Assembly: GCA_965240465.1 (NCBI GenBank)
Contig: OZ251219.1
Location: 1,120,001 to 1,184,000 of the forward strand
From: a bacterium
GTDB taxonomy: Bacteria; SAR324; JACQKK01
Length of the DNA: 64,000 bases
Direction: 5' to 3'
Positions 49,586 through 59,011 of this stretch are shown piece after piece (the first letter of the stretch is position 1; each line of letters starts with the position of its first letter). Made by a program: the position numbers and the translations under genes. The notes beneath the pieces were generated by a model. The model made no database searches. It saw only the letters and a program-made list of their open reading frames with translations, and was not told the DNA's origin.

Positions 49586-50245
49586 TTAGGGCAAGGTATT
49601 GAAGCGGTATCCGATGCTGAGTCCGCTCATTGATGTTGTTCCGTTACGCTGGGCGGTTTTTATGCTGGGGATCAGGCGAACAGAAAAGCGGATGGCTAGT
49701 TTGGATTTAGGGTGTTCGTAGCCTATGGCGGTAAGAAGTCCTATTTCATAGCTAGGCTTTTCTGTTTGGGTTTTGCTCTTGAATTCAGAGGTTGCATTTT
49801 TTGAAGCGTAGGTTTCAGATACCAGTACTGGTCCGCTAGCAAAAAAGAATTCTCTACTCCAGAAACGTAGTTCAGTACCGAAGCTCTGCAAGTTGTATTG
49901 GAGGTTTGGCAGTTCTGGTTTTTTATTTTCGTGGTTGATAGAGGTGCGGTTGGGTTTGCCAGATATGCTCTCTAAGAACAGGTACAGTGAAAGCGAGTTT
50001 TCATAGATGAATTGATAGCCTAGTTCCAATCCTGTTGCAGTACCTTTTGTAAGATAGGTTTCTTGGGGTGGTATATCGGTGACTTCGAAGAAATCTGTGG
50101 TGGGGCTTCCAGTGAATTCTCCTGATGAAGTATATGAATAAAAGGGCAGAGCAATAGAAATCCCCCTCCAAGGCTGAGCCAAAACGGCGGCTGGTAGCGA
50201 TAGGATGGCTATAGCTATGAGATATGTTTTTAATATGTGTTGCAT
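49586..50245 (-). CDS. Small outer-membrane beta-barrel protein, paralog 3
   Basis: Signal peptide then AQPWRGISIA, LGYQF, C-terminal SIGYRF. Confidence 0.7.
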   Translation of the reverse strand: MQHILKTYLIAIAILSLPAAVLAQPWRGISIALPFYSYTSSGEFTGSPTTDFFEVTDIPPQETYLTKGTATGLELGYQFIYENSLSLYLFLESISGKPNRTSINHENKKPELPNLQYNLQSFGTELRFWSREFFFASGPVLVSETYASKNATSEFKSKTQTEKPSYEIGLLTAIGYEHPKSKLAIRFSVRLIPSIKTAQRNGTTSMSGLSIGYRFNTLP

Positions 50246-50289
50246 TGGAGTTCTTTTTTTGCGGGGCGGTGAGGTTTAGAATGTGCCGA

Positions 50290-50961
50290 TTATCTTCGTC
50301 CCCAACGGTAGCCGATGTTGAATCTGAGAGAAGATAATTTATTTACCTGTCGGTCTTCAGATATCAGTTTGGAGGTAGAGCGTTCGGATAGTCGTAGTGT
50401 CAGTCCCAGTTTTGGGATTTCGGTTCCTACTGAGTAAATCAGGCCTGACTTAGGTTCTGTTTTTATTGAGGTGGAGGTTATGATGTTTTCATTTATGTTT
50501 TTTATCTCGTAAATTTCTTCTATGTAGACAATTCCCAGTCCGATATAAAGTGCCTCCATCCATAAGCGAGTTTCTAATCCTGATCCCTTTTGAGTATATC
50601 CTAGGTCTTGGAAATTAGATTCTTTTCTATCGTATGATTCAAGAGCTAAGGAGGAAGGTTTTCCTGATAATTCATCTAGGAAATAGTAAATGGAGTAATG
50701 CGGTACTGGTGCATGTTGATAGCCTATCTGGAATCCAGTTCCATCGCCTAAGGTGCTATAGGTGGCTGTGTCGATGGTTTCTAGGTTGGTTTTATAACCA
50801 AAGAAGGTGCTTTGTTGGGTGAATTCCCCACTTGAATCGTAGTTTCCGCTGGTCCAAGAAACAGAAAATCCAGACCACGGCTGTGAAAAAGAATCCTCCG
50901 GTAATAACAATAGTCCAATAAAACTGGCGATGATAACACCAATAATGTTTCGGAGGAGCAT
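50290..50961 (-). CDS. Small outer-membrane beta-barrel protein, paralog 2
   Basis: Start placed at MLLRNII (ATG 50961). SQPWSGFSVS, IGYQ, C-terminal NIGYRW. Confidence 0.7.
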   Translation of the reverse strand: MLLRNIIGVIIASFIGLLLLPEDSFSQPWSGFSVSWTSGNYDSSGEFTQQSTFFGYKTNLETIDTATYSTLGDGTGFQIGYQHAPVPHYSIYYFLDELSGKPSSLALESYDRKESNFQDLGYTQKGSGLETRLWMEALYIGLGIVYIEEIYEIKNINENIITSTSIKTEPKSGLIYSVGTEIPKLGLTLRLSERSTSKLISEDRQVNKLSSLRFNIGYRWGRR

Positions 50962-51069
50962 TAAGTTACAATCTCTGGTGAAGGGCTGTAGGAAACACAA
51001 CTCCATTGTACCACAGAGAATATCCTTACACAAGGAACGCTGACTAGTCATCCGATCAAGAAACCAGCC

Positions 51070-51182
51070 CATGCTAGCGACCGAGTAATTCTCATGCCAG
51101 CGACCGAGTAATTCTCATGCTAGCGATTGAGTAATTCTCATGCCAGCGACCGAGTAATTCTCATGCTAGCGATTGAGTAATT
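51070..51182. repeat. Tandem repeat, 23-bp unit CATGC(T/C)AGCGA(CC/TT)GAGTAATTCT, 5 copies
   Basis: Read directly. Between OMP paralogs. Confidence 0.96.
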
Positions 51183-51191
51183 TTTTGTGGT

Positions 51192-51857
51192 TTAGCTTCC
51201 CCATCGGTAGCCTATGGCTAGTAGGTTGTATTTTGTGGAGCTTATTCTTTCTGCGGTCACCAAGTTTTTAACGGAACGCACCGAAAACCTTACTGTTATG
51301 CCATAGACATAATTTTCATATCCCAAGGATGGAAAAGCGGTCAGTTTGCCATCCATACTTTTGGGTAAGAAGGATAATATTTCATCAGTGCCATCCTTTA
51401 GGCGGTGTTCATCTTGTATCCTAGCTACTCCTATGGCTCCGTAAAAGCCTCTTGACCAATAACGACCTTCTGTGCCGAATGCTCTTACGCGGTACGATAA
51501 ATTATCCAATCTATTTTCTGTTCCTTCCTGGTCCCTGGTTATTATATCATCGCCCCCCGAAAAGCCATCAGCAAATAAGTACAGGGAGGCATGCTTACTG
51601 AGTACAAACTGATAACCCAAGTCCAGCCCTAATCCATTTCCTTTGACCTGGAAGGTATCGCCACTGGAAACCTGAACGCCAAAGAAATCACTCTCTCTAC
51701 GGAACGCTCCATCTGCTGAATAGTTGCTATTTACCAAAGCAAGAGAAGGACCCTCCCATGGCTGCGCGAGCACCCACATCGGCAACAAAACCAGTCCTGC
51801 TAAGCTAGCAATGACGGCCTTTGGCAGACATTTGGATTTTACGGCATGTAGTTTCAA
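51192..51857 (-). CDS. Small outer-membrane beta-barrel protein, paralog 1
   Basis: Signal peptide then AQPWEGPSLA, LGYQF, C-terminal AIGYRW. Confidence 0.7.
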   Translation of the reverse strand: MKLHAVKSKCLPKAVIASLAGLVLLPMWVLAQPWEGPSLALVNSNYSADGAFRRESDFFGVQVSSGDTFQVKGNGLGLDLGYQFVLSKHASLYLFADGFSGGDDIITRDQEGTENRLDNLSYRVRAFGTEGRYWSRGFYGAIGVARIQDEHRLKDGTDEILSFLPKSMDGKLTAFPSLGYENYVYGITVRFSVRSVKNLVTAERISSTKYNLLAIGYRWGS

Positions 51858-52114
51858 ATAACAAAGGGCTTAGCTAAGGATTGAAGCAACAATGGAAGGG
51901 GAACGCTTAAAAAACCATAACTCGGGAGCATTATTTTCTGCACTTAAGAGCAGTGTTTTTACTTCTTTTTCATTCATTATCCATCCATTCAACTTAAATA
52001 AAATAAACAAAGTCTCTCAAAGACCTTCCCACTACCAGAACGCTACCGATACGCTGTTAGTGGGAATTAGTCTAGTCTTTTTTATCTGCTAATGAAAAAA
52101 AATAGTTTTTGTTG

Positions 52115-54001
52115 TTATAATTCGAGTCCACTGTCACTTTTGTTACCAGAGACGTCATCAGTATTGGTGTTATTATTTGTTCCAATATCTGGAATAGTAT
52201 CATCTGGATATCTATTGTTCTTGACCACTCCCGCGGATTCGTTCACCCCTACCAGATAACCCATCTTGGCATCGGAAGGAAATCTTTCAAAGATAGTGGG
52301 AGGAAAAACAATGTTATATTCAACAGTGCCTGTGTTGCTACCTGCTATTCCACCGAAAGTGTATCCACCCCTGGTTGCTCCAGCGACAGTCTTTTCTGCA
52401 GTACCTCCTACAAAGGTAGCACCCTGTACCACATTGATCCCATTAATGGTGCCAGCATTTTCCCCTACTATGCCGCCCACCAAGTACTCATCGTTGGCAT
52501 CAGTAGGTACTTTCAGGGTAGAATTAGTAACTCTCACCCCGCTAACAGTAGCAGTATTCGTGATAGCCCCAGCCAAGAAACCTACCTTAACAGTTTGTCT
52601 TAATAGCCCTACTATATTTTTGGCTGTAAGTGAGAAATTATCAAAAATCAAGTTTTTCACTGTACCACCTTTAATCTTGGCAAAGAAGCCAGTGAAACCC
52701 CTTTTTGCATTATCCCTACCACTTGCCCTACCACCTGGATCGGCATCCGAACGGTTTTGTACATCCATGATTACCAAGTTGTTAATGGTAAATCCTTTGC
52801 CATCAAACATGCCTGAGAAGTCCTCAATAGGAGTAAAAGGATCCCTAATAGGAGTAAAAGGATCCCTTCTTGGGGCATTAATGTCAGCGGTTAATTCATA
52901 GCCAGTACACTTGGTTACAGGGCAACCTGTAGTTAAGGTTTCAACTGAACCTCTTTCTGTTATTACTTCAAGGCTGAATCCAATCGAGACATCAGGCGAG
53001 CCATCAGGGATTCCTAACAGTCCCGCATAGTCGCGTATTTCAATCAGACCATTACCATCATCGTCTAGGTCTTCCCGGTTGCCAAAATTGTCGCCATCAT
53101 CATCACGTTTGCAGCTAAAGGTAGTATCGCCTGCTAGTCTTATTTCGTTATATCCGACAGTGCACCCTAGTGATTGTACATCTTCTTTGCTGAAATCACG
53201 CTGTTCAACAGGGCCTTCTTCCACATGGCCTTCCCCCCCAGTGTCTATTTTTAGCCTAGTGCCAAAGATAGAAAAATCAAGGCTAGCTTGGCGGCCAACA
53301 GCAGAGATATTTTTCTTGCTCAGTACCCTGCCATTAAAATCAGTGGTAGAAACGTCAAATATCTTTTCTCCTTCAAATTCAACCTGCTTATTGATGGGAC
53401 AGGAATTGGCAGGCCTGTAAAGGTTGCTATCACAGAACAATGGATCTAGGTGCACTCGCACCTGTCCGATTATGGCATCGGAAGTGTATTTGAGGTTGCC
53501 TTCTTTATCTTTTCCCAGCCCGATCCAGGTAAGGGTACTTTTTCGGTCGTTGATATCGCTGGTAAAGGTAGTGAAAATATAATCGCCATCTTCATTCTCT
53601 TCCACTACACTGCGAGTGCCAAATACTGCTAGGAAGGATTCTCCTTCGGGAGCTTTCACACTTACAATGTTGCTCTTGCTGGGAAGTTTTATGACTGTGA
53701 AATTGCTGAGGTTTGTCTTTATAAATTCTGACAAACCTTCTAAGTTGGGATCTTCAATATCTACTACAGCAGCAGGAATTGATTTAGGCAAAAAGCCTAC
53801 CAAAATTGATTTTATGGCTTCAGGATCCTCAACACCTTCAATTCCTAGGACCGGGCTTTTGAGTGCTTGGGGTTCTTCTTGTATATTTTTATTGCCTATT
53901 TGCAGGTTGCCCAGGTCAATTACGACACCATCCTCAACATAAGAATTGGAGCAACTACCGATTAAAAACAAAGCTAATGATAATGTTAGTATTGGTCGCA
54001 T
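52115..54001 (-). CDS. Surface lipoprotein with Asp-rich motif and GLUG-type beta-helix domain
   Basis: Start MRPILT (ATG 54001) with lipobox LIGSC. DDDGNGLIEI, GC...CTGYEL, FSGMFDG.G.TI.NL, VGGIVGEN, GGIAGSN. Confidence 0.8.
   Translation of the reverse strand: MRPILTLSLALFLIGSCSNSYVEDGVVIDLGNLQIGNKNIQEEPQALKSPVLGIEGVEDPEAIKSILVGFLPKSIPAAVVDIEDPNLEGLSEFIKTNLSNFTVIKLPSKSNIVSVKAPEGESFLAVFGTRSVVEENEDGDYIFTTFTSDINDRKSTLTWIGLGKDKEGNLKYTSDAIIGQVRVHLDPLFCDSNLYRPANSCPINKQVEFEGEKIFDVSTTDFNGRVLSKKNISAVGRQASLDFSIFGTRLKIDTGGEGHVEEGPVEQRDFSKEDVQSLGCTVGYNEIRLAGDTTFSCKRDDDGDNFGNREDLDDDGNGLIEIRDYAGLLGIPDGSPDVSIGFSLEVITERGSVETLTTGCPVTKCTGYELTADINAPRRDPFTPIRDPFTPIEDFSGMFDGKGFTINNLVIMDVQNRSDADPGGRASGRDNAKRGFTGFFAKIKGGTVKNLIFDNFSLTAKNIVGLLRQTVKVGFLAGAITNTATVSGVRVTNSTLKVPTDANDEYLVGGIVGENAGTINGINVVQGATFVGGTAEKTVAGATRGGYTFGGIAGSNTGTVEYNIVFPPTIFERFPSDAKMGYLVGVNESAGVVKNNRYPDDTIPDIGTNNNTNTDDVSGNKSDSGLEL
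52826..52867. repeat. Intragenic perfect 21-bp duplication (RDPFTPI twice)
   Basis: AATAGGAGTAAAAGGATCCCT, 2 copies. Confidence 0.93.
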
Positions 54002-54226
54002 AACAGACCTCCCATTTGTGTAAGTGATATTTTTTATAAGAGATTTGTACAATAAAGAAGAACTAGTACTCCAAAGAGATGGCACCATTATACATGTTTA
54101 TGGGGCATCAGGCAAGTCTTTTAAGACCATGGTCATGTTTTGGGTATTTCTTTATAAGCTGATGGATTATATTTCAGTGTAGACAAGTGTAAATGAGCAG
54201 GTATAGGCAAGATTTGGAGTCGGTTA

Positions 54227-54859
54227 ATGGATGTTGAAGGGTATCAGGTGTTTGCGATTTTAGGACATTTGAGCGAGGTTTTTTTGCGTCTTTACGGGTG
54301 GCTGATAGTGATATCTGTTTTGATGACTTGGGTACAGCCAGACCGATCTAATGTATTGGTGAGGTGGGTGTTTAGGGTTACAGAGCCTTTTATTGATTGG
54401 GTGGGGGGATGGCTCCCTAGGAAGATTAATCAATTCAGAGCGTATTTGGCTTTGTTGCTTGTTTGGAATTTGGGTCGTGTATCTGGGGGGATGTTGAGTA
54501 GTTTCGGCTTATTTTTGGGAGGGGAATTAGCAGCGAGATTTTTGGTGATACGTTTGGGGGGATATTTTGCGGTGTGGATTTTATCGGTGCTGAGTTCTTT
54601 ATTGGGATTTTTGATTTTGTTATTGCTGATTTGGTTTGTGCTGACCTTAATAAGGCCATCATTATCCAATCGGTTGGTTCAGATATTGGCTATGTTGGTG
54701 GATCCATTTATCAGTCCTGTTCAGAAGAGGTTTTCTAGTTGGTGTTGGATTGGTCGGGTAGATATTTCTCCATTATTGGTATTGTTATTAGGGTGGGTGA
54801 TATCTTTTGCGGTGGATTGGCTAATTATTTGGGGGTACACCTTGAGTACTGCGGGATAG
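54227..54859 (+). CDS. yggT: YggT-family membrane protein (two YGGT repeats)
   Basis: W.QPD.SN.LV......TEP and P..SN.LV......DP.....RVDISPL. Confidence 0.85.
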   Translation: MDVEGYQVFAILGHLSEVFLRLYGWLIVISVLMTWVQPDRSNVLVRWVFRVTEPFIDWVGGWLPRKINQFRAYLALLLVWNLGRVSGGMLSSFGLFLGGELAARFLVIRLGGYFAVWILSVLSSLLGFLILLLLIWFVLTLIRPSLSNRLVQILAMLVDPFISPVQKRFSSWCWIGRVDISPLLVLLLGWVISFAVDWLIIWGYTLSTAG

Positions 54860-54987
54860 GTCAGGGGGGTGGGGTACATATGTTCTGGAAAACACTTGAC
54901 GTGCTACCCATGCTTAAGCTATGATAGGCATATTGGTTTAGGCGATATTGGATTGCCTTTGTGTTCTGTTAGATACACTGTTGGCCT

Positions 54988-55704
54988 ATGTCTATTTGGA
55001 TTCGCTTCCGCTGCGAGAACGGCGATTGTTTCCTGGCGAATGCAGAGCAAACCCATTTGTTTTTCAAGACTGATCCTGCGGAGATTAGTATACTTCCTGC
55101 GGGTCAGACGGATGCTTTTGGACAGAAAATCCAGCCGCTCTATGTTTTCAATTGTGAGAATTCAGAGCAAGTTCATGCAGCTGAAGACTTGATTTTTGAG
55201 GCACTCTGTCATCAGAAATCGGTTACCATCAGCCTTGAGGTTCTGGATGAGCATGCGGAATATCTTAGTCATGTGCATGGGATTCGCATGGTGTTGGAGT
55301 TAATTCATCAGGGTAGCATTCGTATTCCGGTTAATGTTGACATTCCTCAAGAGAAGGAGCTTTTTATGCCTGAGGACGACCATGAGGAATCGGAAATAAA
55401 GCAATTTGAGCGTATTTTGTCTACCTATCTCCATGTTCCCTCGGATGTTTTACGCGAGGCTTGGAAGCTAAAAGCCCAGATTAACAAGGATAGTAATATT
55501 CATTTTACCATCCAATGGGATCTTGAAGATTGCAGTGAACATGGTGCACACGAATACTGGAAGGTGTGTACTCTCCCAGATCGTTCTTATCGCTTTAGAG
55601 AAGACTACAACCAGTTGGCTACAGACTTGGTACGCAAAGAGGGGTATCGCTGGGAAGACCTTTCCAATATTGCTACTAAGACGGGAAATCCAGCCCATTC
55701 ATAA
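54988..55704 (+). CDS. Hypothetical protein
   Basis: 238-aa ORF with protein-like composition filling the gap. No recognised motif. Confidence 0.65.
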   Translation: MSIWIRFRCENGDCFLANAEQTHLFFKTDPAEISILPAGQTDAFGQKIQPLYVFNCENSEQVHAAEDLIFEALCHQKSVTISLEVLDEHAEYLSHVHGIRMVLELIHQGSIRIPVNVDIPQEKELFMPEDDHEESEIKQFERILSTYLHVPSDVLREAWKLKAQINKDSNIHFTIQWDLEDCSEHGAHEYWKVCTLPDRSYRFREDYNQLATDLVRKEGYRWEDLSNIATKTGNPAHS

Positions 55705-55839
55705 CCGAGCCGCTAGCATGAGAGGAGGGGGTGGTGGTATCCGTTTTGAGAACCTCACTGGGAGGTTTTGTGAAGCTTGGAGCTATGTAGCTAAGAGTTA
55801 TCAGAAGATTTATCGGGATTATTTGTTAGATTGAGGGAA

Positions 55840-58161
55840 TTATTCACGCGGGGTGTCATCAAGTGGAATTATAAGGTCATAGTTTGAGTTTGGAGATAAA
55901 GCCTCGGCATGGCTAATTTCCCGAGCATGTAGTTTTACATTTTCGGACAAATTAATTCTCTGTAGGGCATTTTTGCCAGAATAATTGAAAGATAATCCAC
56001 CGACCCCATTGCTAAGTGCGGCATCAATTTTCTGTTTGATGATCTGACAGGCTTGCTTATTTTTTGCAGATTCAGCACAGAGAACAAGTTCTTCAGAAGG
56101 AATATGATAAGAGCTCTCAATTGCATGATTTTTAAGAGAATCAATACATTTATGCAAGGTATTCATGTTTGCGGTTGGTGGAAATTCTAGCAGTACCCTA
56201 TTAAACACATTTCTTATAGGAACGATTTTTCGGATAAGAGTAGAACATTGATTTTGGGTTTTTAAGTTTTTTGCATCCAGCCACAAATGGGAATTATAAT
56301 TGCTAGCTGCCTCAGCGACTTCGGTTATAGTCAAGCCATTTCTTGGTGATGGAGGATGGTTGACCCATATTTTGTTATTATCAATCTCAATATCAATCTC
56401 AATGCATCCAGAGCTAAGAGATCCTGTAAGTACTTTTTGGATGGTATTTGAGCTATGGAGGCACACGGGATTATCCCTAGTTTGTGCGAGTACAAAGTTC
56501 TTGGTTTCATAATCGGTAACATCTTTATATTGTTTATTTTGGGTAAAATCTGAATCTTCAATGCTGATCGCAGAAAATCCATTTTTTAATTTTCTTACTA
56601 ATATCGGTTCAAGTTTTCCTTTTGGCATGGCAATGGTTTTTGATGAAAGTACTGCTTTCATAATAATAGGAACATCACGCAAGGTTTTAATTTCTTTTGA
56701 AGACAAATATTTTTTAAGTTTATATTTATTTTCGCCAAGAATGGATTGGGCAGCATTATTAATAAACAAAATTAAGGGAATCCGTATCATAGAGTGTACA
56801 AATCTACTGGAATCATGGCGAGAACTTTGATAAATATCATCGCCATGATCAGAGAAGTATAACAGCACAGCTGGAGTATCTAGTTTCTTAATAAGATTAA
56901 TTGCTCTAGCGATATTGCTATCAATATACTTGATGACAGAATCGTAATCGTTAACGCTTTTACGACTTATATATTTGGATAATGCATCATCTTCTAGATT
57001 GCTAAATAATTCTTTGTATATATTGCTAAAATTTGGGACATTATTTTCATAATATGGGAAATGTCCAGCATAAGAATGTAGAAATATCACTGAAGATTGC
57101 TCTTCTTTTTTGCTAAGGTATTTTTCTAGTTGTGTCAATAAAAGGTCTCCATCAAGCGGTAAATCACAATATTTTGCTAGGTTTCCTAATAATTTATGAC
57201 ACTTACCACCGTATTTTTCTTTATCAACAGACCCAAATATGAAGAAAGAAACATAGTTATATGTTCCTGTTTTGCCTTGGTTAGAAACCAGTTCGGTTTT
57301 TATACCGCTTGCTTTTAAGATATCAACAATTGAAGTTCGTTTTTTTTGAAAGATTGTTTTAATTTTATCTTCATTATTTTTTTTGTCATAAGGCACAGAT
57401 AGTGCTTCAAGCAAAGATTGCGATGTATGTGTGTGTGTAGCGAGGTAGTTTTGCCCTAACATTAAGGAATTATTTTTATTAAGATTTGAAATATTAGGAG
57501 TGGTATCCCTATAATATCCATAGACTCCCATGTTTTGGGAAGATGTTGATTCTCCTATGTAGACGACCAGCTTTATAGGAGTTTGATGAGGAATAATTTT
57601 ATCGGCTAGTATTTTTTCAGATGTAAAATTATTTTTAATTCCAGCAACTTCTTCATTTGCTTGTTTTCTTAGATGTGCTAATCCCCATGCTTGCGGCACA
57701 AATGAAATTAAGCCGATAACACAAATGTAAACAATAATACATAATATAAATCTCCTAGATTTATCATCCTTAGAACCAGAAGTTATACTGATAATATATT
57801 TTAAGGCATATGAGACTATAATAGCATATAATGAAGCGACAGCGAAGAATTCTAAGGCGAGCATGGTCCTTCTGGGGTTTATAATTATGAATTTAAATAA
57901 TTCTTTTACATAAACCACTAATTCTGTGTAATTAGGTGATATTGTTTCTGCAAGAGAATCAGTTGCGATGTTAGATAAGTATCTAAGAAAAATATCTATA
58001 TATTTTAACCATACAAAAGATAGTACCAACAAAATTGCCCTAATTAATCTTGATTTGACTAAATAGAAAGCCCCCAGAATAACTGCCGAAACAATAGATC
58101 TTTGTAGCCAATTAGGATAGTAGGTTAAGTAATTTATAAAGCTATAAATATAATCAACCAT
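55840..58161 (-). CDS. Phosphoethanolamine-transferase/sulfatase-family membrane protein fused to a C-terminal phosphodiesterase-like (GDPD/PLC) domain
   Basis: N-terminal TM helices. VVYIGES, YGY.R.TTP, HTSQSL (Thr nucleophile), FLHSYAGH, YFSDHG. C-terminal CLH.SN..IEIDI..WVNH..LWLDAK. Confidence 0.8.
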   Translation of the reverse strand: MVDYIYSFINYLTYYPNWLQRSIVSAVILGAFYLVKSRLIRAILLVLSFVWLKYIDIFLRYLSNIATDSLAETISPNYTELVVYVKELFKFIIINPRRTMLALEFFAVASLYAIIVSYALKYIISITSGSKDDKSRRFILCIIVYICVIGLISFVPQAWGLAHLRKQANEEVAGIKNNFTSEKILADKIIPHQTPIKLVVYIGESTSSQNMGVYGYYRDTTPNISNLNKNNSLMLGQNYLATHTHTSQSLLEALSVPYDKKNNEDKIKTIFQKKRTSIVDILKASGIKTELVSNQGKTGTYNYVSFFIFGSVDKEKYGGKCHKLLGNLAKYCDLPLDGDLLLTQLEKYLSKKEEQSSVIFLHSYAGHFPYYENNVPNFSNIYKELFSNLEDDALSKYISRKSVNDYDSVIKYIDSNIARAINLIKKLDTPAVLLYFSDHGDDIYQSSRHDSSRFVHSMIRIPLILFINNAAQSILGENKYKLKKYLSSKEIKTLRDVPIIMKAVLSSKTIAMPKGKLEPILVRKLKNGFSAISIEDSDFTQNKQYKDVTDYETKNFVLAQTRDNPVCLHSSNTIQKVLTGSLSSGCIEIDIEIDNNKIWVNHPPSPRNGLTITEVAEAASNYNSHLWLDAKNLKTQNQCSTLIRKIVPIRNVFNRVLLEFPPTANMNTLHKCIDSLKNHAIESSYHIPSEELVLCAESAKNKQACQIIKQKIDAALSNGVGGLSFNYSGKNALQRINLSENVKLHAREISHAEALSPNSNYDLIIPLDDTPRE

Positions 58162-58249
58162 AGGCTATATTTTTGTAAATTTGCGGTGCGATCACCACAT
58201 AAATTGTATAATATGATGTACAGACGGCTTCCCACGCCTAGAACTACGC

Positions 58250-58654
58250 TTAAAGATTGCGATAGTGTGCCAGATAAACAACCGCGGTGATCAAAATCAA
58301 GGTGAGAATATGTACCGCCAATATCAGTGGCTGAATATATCGCTTGGCGGAGAGTTGTTGGTCTATGATCAAGCCGCAGGCGATCAAAAGTAGAACTAAA
58401 ACGAGCTTCCAATGTAGCCATTTGGCGGTAGTTAGTAGTCCTAGTTGCCATGCCTGCCAGGTACCTAAGCTCAGCGTTACCGCTAACATGGGATAGTAAA
58501 TGAATTTCTGGATGCGGAATTGTATCTCTTTCACTCCCTGTGCCTCCGTCTGAGACAAGCGGCGTTGCATGAGCATCATTAGGGATTGCAAGAATAAGGC
58601 TCCGACAGTAAGCATGCCAAAGGTAATGTGGAAGGTGGTTAGTATTTTTTCCAT
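58250..58654 (-). CDS. Small four-TM membrane protein (DUF2269/HemJ/SirB2-like)
   Basis: H near the N-terminus, WLHWKLVLVLL motif. Start placed at ATG 58654. Confidence 0.55.
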   Translation of the reverse strand: MEKILTTFHITFGMLTVGALFLQSLMMLMQRRLSQTEAQGVKEIQFRIQKFIYYPMLAVTLSLGTWQAWQLGLLTTAKWLHWKLVLVLLLIACGLIIDQQLSAKRYIQPLILAVHILTLILITAVVYLAHYRNL

Positions 58655-58764
58655 GCAGATTTGTATATTTAGGGTGAGATCCTTGCTAAGGTGAAGGTGT
58701 ATAAGTGGTCGCAACAATAGATATAGTAATCACAGGGGAACACAGAAAACAAGATGATGCAATC

Positions 58765-58912
58765 ATTCTAGGTCATACTAGGTAATTCTAGGTCATACTA
58801 GGTAATTCTGAGTCATCCTAGGTAATTCTGAGTCATCCTAGGTAATTCTGAGTCATCCTAGGTAATTCTGAGTCATACTAGGTAATTCTAAGTCATCCTA
58901 AGTCATTCTAAG
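58765..58912. repeat. Tandem repeat, 20-bp unit ATTCT(AG/GA)GTCAT(A/C)CTAGGTA, ~7 copies, built from 10-bp subunits
   Basis: Read directly. Divergent intergenic region. Confidence 0.96.
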
Positions 58913-58976
58913 ATTGACAATAACTGGCAATAATGAAAAAATTGGTGTAAAGTAGCGGGATAGAGGCAACAAATCC

Positions 58977-59006
58977 GTACCCAATAAGGCAGTACCCAAT
59001 AAGGCA
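58977..59006. repeat. Perfect 15-bp duplication GTACCCAATAAGGCA, 5 bp before a start codon
   Basis: Read directly. Confidence 0.9.
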
Positions 59007-59011
59007 ATACC

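Noticed and set aside
51070-51182. Possible mini-CRISPR (23-bp repeats) and ORF start at 51072
   Set aside because: Units are directly adjacent with no spacers. The ATG at 51072 comes from the repeat, and the signal peptide points to a start at 50961.
52266-53942. Long antisense ORFs (also 44561-45052, 45370-45729, 10299-11075)
   Set aside because: Shadow ORFs opposite well-supported genes, with no motifs of their own.
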